IMG/VR virus record: IMGVR_UViG_3300027836_000007
Span: 32,001 to 96,000 of that record
DNA: 64,000 nt
Strand: one strand, 5' to 3'
DNA from: a virus
Part shown: positions 57,852-64,000 of the stretch, in pieces
Position numbering within the stretch: the first letter of the stretch is position 1
How the letters are laid out: each line of letters opens with the position of its first letter
Notes under the pieces: generated by a model
Told to the model about the DNA's origin: nothing
The model's database searches: none
The model's input: the letters and a program-made list of their open reading frames with translations, nothing else
Made by a program: the position numbers and the translations under genes

Positions 57852-60800
57852 TTATCCAAATGTTAAAACGTATTCAATTGCAATGTTTGTTGCGTCATTA
57901 AAGTTAATACCGCCGCCAACACCAGATACACCGGTCCATATTGATCCGTTATAAACTTCAACAAATTCCTGTTCTGTGTTAAAGCGTATCATACCTGCTT
58001 CAGTTACACCTGGACGTGTAGAGTCTGTGCCTGATGGAATTACAATTCCGTAAGTTCCTGCAACCTTTACATACCCTGTGCCTGTTTGACTAAATTCAGT
58101 TATTGCGCCTGATACTACGTTGGTAATTGTATTATTCTTAATACTTAAATTTCCAACACGTACACTACCGGTGCCAGTTGGTGTTAAATTAATATCACTA
58201 TCAGTACTTATCGAACTAATAGTATTGCTTTCTATATTTAAGTTACTAGTTTGTAACCGCTCTGCGTATAATTTAGTACTGTCAATAGTAGCCATCAAAC
58301 TACCATCTGCGTAAAATCTTAAAGTATTATCGTTTGCGCCCGGAGTTAATTCAGCAGTAATATATGTATTGCCGTCTGAATCTGCAACTCCGCTCATAGT
58401 TAACCAGAGACCGTTATTATAACCTTCATAGCGTTCAATTTGGTTATTGTAACGAATCATACCATTTACAGGTGTGCCTGGTCGTTGGCTGTTGTCTCCG
58501 ACTGGAAGTTTTAAACTTTGATTACTGTCAATTGTAACAATGCCAGTTCCTTGCGGAGTTAGCACAATGTCTGAATTTGTTACAGTGCTTTTAATTACAT
58601 TGTCTTCAACTTTTAAGCCTTCAATTACAACATTGCCAGTGCCGTTTGCACTTAATTGTAAATCAGTTCCAGCAGTTCTAGTTGTAATGGTACTACCACT
58701 AATTTCAATATTAGGTAATCTTAAGTATCCTGTTCCTGTTATGTTGCCAGTAACCTCAGTATTACCACTAGTAGTAAAATTACCAGTTTGATTAATGTCG
58801 CCTGTTTGAGTAACAGTGCCAGTAATACTAGTATTCTTTAAATATGTTGTTCCTGTAGTAACTGTTAAATCAGTTGTAACAGTTAAATTTTGATCTATTT
58901 GTACATTGTTACTTGGGATTGAAATTATTCCACTACCGTTAGCTTGTAATGTTAAATTATCATTACCCACAGTAGTTTGAATAGTGTTACTATCAATTAC
59001 AAGTCCGTCAATTTCTGCTCTGCTTAGGAATACGTTATTCCAACGTAACGGAGTTACTCCGCCTTGCCCTAAGTTATAAGTTGCTGTTGTCGCAGGTACT
59101 AGGTTACTGCTGATTCCACCGACAAAATTAATTGTATCTGTACTAGCATCACCAATAGTAATATTGCCGCCTAGCGTAATATCGCCTGTAACATCTAAGT
59201 TACCAGTAATGAATGTATTATTCTGTAGATTAATTGTACCGCTGGCCGCAGTTACATTAACATCACCGGTTAAACTTTCAATAGTATTACCACTAATACG
59301 CATATTTCCAGTGTCAATACCATCTGCTGAAATTATTGTAGTGTTTATACCATCAGTAAAGGTAACGCCTGCTGGAGTTGTTATTGTTAATAGTTCGCCG
59401 TTGAATAATACTTCGCCAGTTTTTTGATTTACAAAAAACGCATCGCCTACACTAAAATTACCTTCATTATCTACAGACGTTCTGTAGATACGTGCGCCAT
59501 TAAGTTCAACTACTTCATTAGCCGCAATTCTATCGTTAGGATCGTTAGTTGTTAATTTGCCGGTGCCTACATAAGCAAAGTTTTGTGATATTAAGTAACC
59601 AATAACTCCTGGGCCGTCACCGTATGCGCCGTATGTTCCGTATACGTTAGCACTACCAATAGCACGAATCTCAGCACCAAAGTCTGAGTAGTCTGCAAAC
59701 TGTATTAAACTTGCTGTTCCTAATGCACTTGTTCTTAAATCTTGTAAAGTTACACCGTCGTCAACAAATGTTGTTGAATTGTTTGCGCCGTTAAAGTGTA
59801 ATAACAATACTGTTGATAAGTCGCCTGCAAGTGGCGCTGTTGGAACTGTTACTGAAGTTGTGTATTTTGCTACACCTTTAACAACACGAACTTCATCAAT
59901 GTATCCTGTACTTGGTGCTCCGTCAGTCCAGCTTGCCCCCATTCTAACTGGTCGTGCTGGATAGTTAGTAGTGTCTGCCCATGTTGTTGGTGTTAAAGTT
60001 CCGTTGACTGCTAATTTGGTGACGCCGCCAACTCTAAATAGTGCTATGTGATTAAATGCGCCTGCTGAACAAGCCACAGATGAAGTTATTCTATAGGCGT
60101 TGCTAACAAATAATCGAATGTTACCAGCAGTATTCATTTCCAAATACAGTGCGGTATCGTTACTGGCAGTTCTACAGTCTAGTAAAATTTGTTGTGTTCC
60201 GAGCGCAGTTGGTCTCCAGAAAAACTCAAAAGTAAAATCTCCAGTGCCGTATTCAAAATCTGGTTGTGAAGATATAGTAATATAGTCTCCAACACCATCT
60301 AAAACTAAACTTGCTGTGCCAAATTTCTTTTGCGCTATTGATAATTTAGCATCGCCTTGGGCGTATACTGTTTTACCTACACGGTCTGTGATTGTTTCAA
60401 AGCCTAATTCGCGTCCTGTTAGGTTAACATAATCGCCATCAATACTAGCAATAGTTCCTGTACCTAATACTGTTGTTCCGTCAGTATCGTAGTAGTTTAC
60501 AGTATTACCAACTGCCCACGTACCTGTACGAGTTTCAATACGTAAGCGTGTTAAACCTGCGCCAGCAAAACCGCTGGCGCTTGAATAAGCGTATAACCCT
60601 TTATCAGCAAAGTAAGTAAATGAGTTCAACCACTCGATACGTACACCGTTAGTTGCTACAATGGTTTCTTGGTTTGGTGTAAAGAACGTACAGCTATGAA
60701 ACAACATAGCCGCTTCTCTGCTTAGTATATTAGCTACACTACCGTCTATTAACGCACCTTTACCAGCATCGTTTTGATCAAAGCCGTACGGGTCTCCGGC

Positions 60801-61922
60801 ACTAGTTACGCTTCCGCGAGTTAGTACTGTTATATTTCTAATATACGGACTACGAGTAGATACTGTAAAAGATGGAGCAAAACGGAATCCATATCCTGTA
60901 TTGTTTCCGCTGTTAAATCTAAATCCAGTTACTGTTAGTTCTTCAACAGTAGTTTCTCCATTCATTAAGAACGCATCTTTATCAACGGTTCCAACTGTAG
61001 GCTGAATAGTTACGGCACGTAGTCCGGCGCCTTTAACAGTAACGCCAACTGGTACAGTTAATGGAAATATTTCAGAATACGTACCTGGATAAATGTAAAC
61101 AGTGTCGCCCGGTGATGTCAAACTTAACGCATACTTAACTGTTAATACTGGGTCGTGTTCATGCTCACCTGAATTGGTGTCGCTGCCATTTTCAGCAACA
61201 TAATAGATATTGCCTTGAGTAGATACTACGTTGATACTACTTACTGTAATTGTATCTGCTGTAAAATCTGTAGCAAATATCTCTTTAGCGTAAGTGTTGC
61301 GCCATCTTTTACCAAAATTACCTGGAGTAATTTCAACTGCTGGATTACTACCTAGGTCGTATGTTTCAGTAATATCTGGAATAATATTACTAGTAATGTC
61401 AGCATTAAATGTAATGCTGTCAGTGTCAGCGTCACCTAGTGTTAAGTTGCCGTCTGCTGTAATAGTTCCGGTTGCGTGTAAATTGCCGTTAACTAACACA
61501 TTGCTGTTGATGTTTACTTCGCCGATGCCGGTAGTATTGATTTCTAAGTCACTATCAGTTACAGTTGTTTCAATAATGTTTGACGATATTCTTAAATTGT
61601 CGTCGACTAAAATTTTAGCTTGATAGATAACAGCATTAGCGCCAGCGGGCTCTAAGCTAATTATTGAATTTGAACTTGATATTTTGTTACCAAATATTGT
61701 AATCTCAGCTATGTCAGCTTGATTGGTAACTTCTAAATCTGTGGTACGTGTTGTACCGTTGATTCCTAATTGGTAGTCGTCGAGGGCTGTTGGGGTTGTC
61801 TTTACGCCGACTTTACCATTAATAACATCTAAATATAAAAGGTCGGTCTCAAAAGCCAGATCAACCCCGTCACGAAGCAGATTTGCTTTTAAGAGCGGAC
61901 CGGTAATACGACCAACAGCCAT
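57852..61922 (-). CDS. Large tail fibre/appendage protein with beta-helix lead-in and LamG-like domain
   Basis: Likely start MAVGRITG at 61922 (AGGAG RBS). YYVAENGSD.N.G, LamG-like DFTFEFF..P, repeated I..N.I......D..L...G.G shaft units, G.IRYN/IRFN repeats. Confidence 0.78.
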   Translation of the reverse strand: MAVGRITGPLLKANLLRDGVDLAFETDLLYLDVINGKVGVKTTPTALDDYQLGINGTTRTTDLEVTNQADIAEITIFGNKISSSNSIISLEPAGANAVIYQAKILVDDNLRISSNIIETTVTDSDLEINTTGIGEVNINSNVLVNGNLHATGTITADGNLTLGDADTDSITFNADITSNIIPDITETYDLGSNPAVEITPGNFGKRWRNTYAKEIFATDFTADTITVSSINVVSTQGNIYYVAENGSDTNSGEHEHDPVLTVKYALSLTSPGDTVYIYPGTYSEIFPLTVPVGVTVKGAGLRAVTIQPTVGTVDKDAFLMNGETTVEELTVTGFRFNSGNNTGYGFRFAPSFTVSTRSPYIRNITVLTRGSVTSAGDPYGFDQNDAGKGALIDGSVANILSREAAMLFHSCTFFTPNQETIVATNGVRIEWLNSFTYFADKGLYAYSSASGFAGAGLTRLRIETRTGTWAVGNTVNYYDTDGTTVLGTGTIASIDGDYVNLTGRELGFETITDRVGKTVYAQGDAKLSIAQKKFGTASLVLDGVGDYITISSQPDFEYGTGDFTFEFFWRPTALGTQQILLDCRTASNDTALYLEMNTAGNIRLFVSNAYRITSSVACSAGAFNHIALFRVGGVTKLAVNGTLTPTTWADTTNYPARPVRMGASWTDGAPSTGYIDEVRVVKGVAKYTTSVTVPTAPLAGDLSTVLLLHFNGANNSTTFVDDGVTLQDLRTSALGTASLIQFADYSDFGAEIRAIGSANVYGTYGAYGDGPGVIGYLISQNFAYVGTGKLTTNDPNDRIAANEVVELNGARIYRTSVDNEGNFSVGDAFFVNQKTGEVLFNGELLTITTPAGVTFTDGINTTIISADGIDTGNMRISGNTIESLTGDVNVTAASGTINLQNNTFITGNLDVTGDITLGGNITIGDASTDTINFVGGISSNLVPATTATYNLGQGGVTPLRWNNVFLSRAEIDGLVIDSNTIQTTVGNDNLTLQANGSGIISIPSNNVQIDQNLTVTTDLTVTTGTTYLKNTSITGTVTQTGDINQTGNFTTSGNTEVTGNITGTGYLRLPNIEISGSTITTRTAGTDLQLSANGTGNVVIEGLKVEDNVIKSTVTNSDIVLTPQGTGIVTIDSNQSLKLPVGDNSQRPGTPVNGMIRYNNQIERYEGYNNGLWLTMSGVADSDGNTYITAELTPGANDNTLRFYADGSLMATIDSTKLYAERLQTSNLNIESNTISSISTDSDINLTPTGTGSVRVGNLSIKNNTITNVVSGAITEFSQTGTGYVKVAGTYGIVIPSGTDSTRPGVTEAGMIRFNTEQEFVEVYNGSIWTGVSGVGGGINFNDATNIAIEYVLTFG

Positions 61923-62031
61923 TTGCGCTCCTGAATACACCGAGTTTCACGGATAACCACTTTTTCAGCTTTCGCTCTATGCGGGTTTACCACAGGTTAA
62001 TCATACAGTGGATTGGTCGTCCCTTGTAATC
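61923..62031 (-). ncRNA. Candidate structured 5' leader RNA
   Basis: Non-coding ~110 nt between a GCTAAATA box (62037-62044) and the ATG at 61922. Contains several nested stems, a GAAA tetraloop hairpin and a ccg-UGAAACU-cgg hairpin. Confidence 0.45.
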
Positions 62032-62056
62032 ATTAGTATTTAGCTGTTTTGGTTTT

Positions 62057-64000
62057 TTACCCTAGGATCAGGGTCCAAAGTTCAAGAACGTCAAGAACAT
62101 CTTCAGCGGAAACTGTTGCATTATTTCCTACAGCACTGATCCATTGGGTGCCATTGAAGATTTCTAGAACTCCGGCTGCTTGTGTATTATATCGAAGTTC
62201 TCCAAGATCAGGAGTTCCTCGTCTACTGCTCTCATTTCCTGTAGGAACTACAAGGCCGCCGCTACCTGAAAATTTAATATAACCAGTGCCAGTCGTATTC
62301 AAATCTAACGAAGTGTTTAATGAATTTACAATATAATTTTGGCTGATTGGTAATCCGTTTAACACTGTATTTCCAACGCCGTCTGGAGAGAATGTTAAAT
62401 CATTTCCAGAAACTTTATTTGATAACGTATTCCCTGTCAGTCGAACATTGCCTGCTTCAAAAATATCAGAATTAAGAGATGTGCTGTTTAATGTAGTTTT
62501 AACAACATTATTAATTCCAAAATAGATAGTATTATCAGTTGCTCCGGTTGTTATATATGTGTTTCTATCTGAATCGTATAAGCCATTAAAGCTAATCAAC
62601 CCAGTACCAGCACCACCTTCGTATAAATTTGTTAAATTGTTATAACGTATTTCGCCTGCTGCAATAGTTCTTGTAGTTGTATTTCCAACTGGGATTTTTG
62701 CCGCATTTGTTCCTGTAATTGTTACACTTCCAGTACCGTTAGGTTGAAGTATAACACTTCGCTGTGTATCGGTTGTTGGACTAGCCCACACGTTACTAAT
62801 AGTAGATCCGTCAATTTTTAAACGTTGATCGAGAACAACAGCGCCAGTTGTTGCGCCAGTTAATGTTAAATCACTGTCAGTTGCCGTAACACTGATTTCA
62901 CTATTTTGCAGTTTGATATCTGGAACCGCAAAATACGAACTGCCTGTAATTTCGATATTAGTATTAGCGAACAGTCCAGTAATATATGCGTTACTGCTAC
63001 CAATTTGATCCCAATCGCCTGTTTGAGTTATTGTTCCTGTTAGCTCAGTATCTTGTAAACTGCTAACACCGTTTACAGTTAATGTATTGCCAACTATTAA
63101 ATCGTTAGCAATCGTCACATCCGTATTTGTAACTTGTACTTGCCCAGTGCCGGCAGCTGAAAGAACTAGATTTGTATCAGTAGTTAAAGTCGAAACAGTA
63201 TTAGATGATAGTTGTGTAACATTGTCAACATTTAATAAAGTTGCAAATAGTGTGTTCCATCGTGTAGTATCTGTACCTAGAGAGAACGGGCCGCCAACAT
63301 CGTCTGGAACTAAATCTTGTGTTAAGTTAGAAAATACTGTGATAGTATCTGTTGATTGATTGCCAAGAAATAAATTGCCATCAACATTAATATTTGAGGA
63401 AACTGTAGTATTTCCTGTAACGAATACATTGGTATTTAGGTAAGTCGATCCTGAGCTGGCTAGAAAGTTAACTGGGCCTAATAAGCTATCAATATTATTA
63501 TCGTATATTCTAATATTTCCAGTTTGAACTATGTTTCTATCAACATACGACGGGCTAGTTCCACCTTCTACACTAATAGCTCCTAATGGATTAAATGTAA
63601 TTGACTGTGCGTTAAACGCAATCGCGCCAGTTTCCTGATTTACATAAAAAACATCACCTACTCTAAAGTCGCCTTTATGATCAACACTTTCATAATAAAT
63701 TCGGCCATTGTTAGATTCTACTACTTCAAATGCTTGTATTGCCTGTGATGGATCATTAGTGCTAACTATTCCTGAACCAATATAACCAAAATTGTGGCCA
63801 ATCAAGTAACCTAAAGTGTTTGCGCCGTCTGCTACTGCGCCGTAAGTTCCGTATACGTTTGCGCTGTTAATACTACGAATTTCTGCCCCATAGCGAGTTA
63901 TTGTACCAATGCCTGGGGCAGAAAAAATAGGAATACCAACACCTGCTACCAATGACGTTGTGACATATATTCTCCACATGTTAGTATTAACAGGATCTTC
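62057..64000 (-). CDS. Large tail fibre/appendage protein, C-terminal part (start lies beyond the window)
   Basis: Paralogous to 57852-61922 (YGAEIRSI.SANVYGTYGA..DG, G.IYY.SVD..G.F.VGD.F.VNQ.TG, GE.RYN repeats). The frame stays open to the window edge. Confidence 0.78.
   Translation of the reverse strand, partial: EDPVNTNMWRIYVTTSLVAGVGIPIFSAPGIGTITRYGAEIRSINSANVYGTYGAVADGANTLGYLIGHNFGYIGSGIVSTNDPSQAIQAFEVVESNNGRIYYESVDHKGDFRVGDVFYVNQETGAIAFNAQSITFNPLGAISVEGGTSPSYVDRNIVQTGNIRIYDNNIDSLLGPVNFLASSGSTYLNTNVFVTGNTTVSSNINVDGNLFLGNQSTDTITVFSNLTQDLVPDDVGGPFSLGTDTTRWNTLFATLLNVDNVTQLSSNTVSTLTTDTNLVLSAAGTGQVQVTNTDVTIANDLIVGNTLTVNGVSSLQDTELTGTITQTGDWDQIGSSNAYITGLFANTNIEITGSSYFAVPDIKLQNSEISVTATDSDLTLTGATTGAVVLDQRLKIDGSTISNVWASPTTDTQRSVILQPNGTGSVTITGTNAAKIPVGNTTTRTIAAGEIRYNNLTNLYEGGAGTGLISFNGLYDSDRNTYITTGATDNTIYFGINNVVKTTLNSTSLNSDIFEAGNVRLTGNTLSNKVSGNDLTFSPDGVGNTVLNGLPISQNYIVNSLNTSLDLNTTGTGYIKFSGSGGLVVPTGNESSRRGTPDLGELRYNTQAAGVLEIFNGTQWISAVGNNATVSAEDVLDVLELWTLILG

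Noticed and set aside
485-63359. Numerous short ORFs antisense to or nested in long genes (e.g. 485-883, 2127-2415, 34167-34547, 41245-43476, 58120-61623)
   Set aside because: They are shadows of Thr/Gly/Ala-rich coding strands, have no RBS or recognisable motifs, and lie fully inside well-supported genes.
1-64000. Stop-codon reassignment, introns/inteins, tRNA genes
   Set aside because: Genes up to 11 kb are intact in the standard code, conserved genes such as terL are uninterrupted, and no cloverleaf was found in the few intergenic gaps.

Overview
The window is a gene-dense segment of a large T4-like (Tevenvirinae-superfamily type) myophage genome read in the standard genetic code. From left to right it holds: the 5' end of a UvsX/RecA recombinase and a gp32 ssDNA-binding protein; a head and packaging block (large and probable small terminase, putative internal head proteins, gp4); tail tube, tail sheath, dNMP kinase and neck/tail-completion genes (gp13, gp14, gp15); a Nudix hydrolase; and about 32 kb of tail fibre and giant appendage genes on the minus strand (three Gly-rich gp37-like fibres, plus 3761-aa, 3094-aa, 1356-aa and partial >640-aa proteins). 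The most striking element is a 12.9-kb plus-strand cassette (18773-31653) of 17 abutting or overlapping genes. It encodes 11 Fe(II)/2-oxoglutarate oxygenases, 3 flavin-dependent tryptophan-halogenase-family enzymes, 2 related CP-motif proteins and a small Cys-rich protein. It is coupled to the late neck genes and runs head-on into the tail fibre genes, which suggests (by inference) a phage-encoded oxidative/halogenating tailoring system. Non-coding signals include a recurring TAAATA late-promoter motif, often only 4-5 nt before the ATG (apparently leaderless mRNAs), a structured ~110-nt leader before a tail fibre gene, and a hairpin array upstream of gp32. No tRNA, CRISPR array, integrase, transposase or reverse transcriptase was seen. 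All family calls come from motif recognition by eye, not from database searches.
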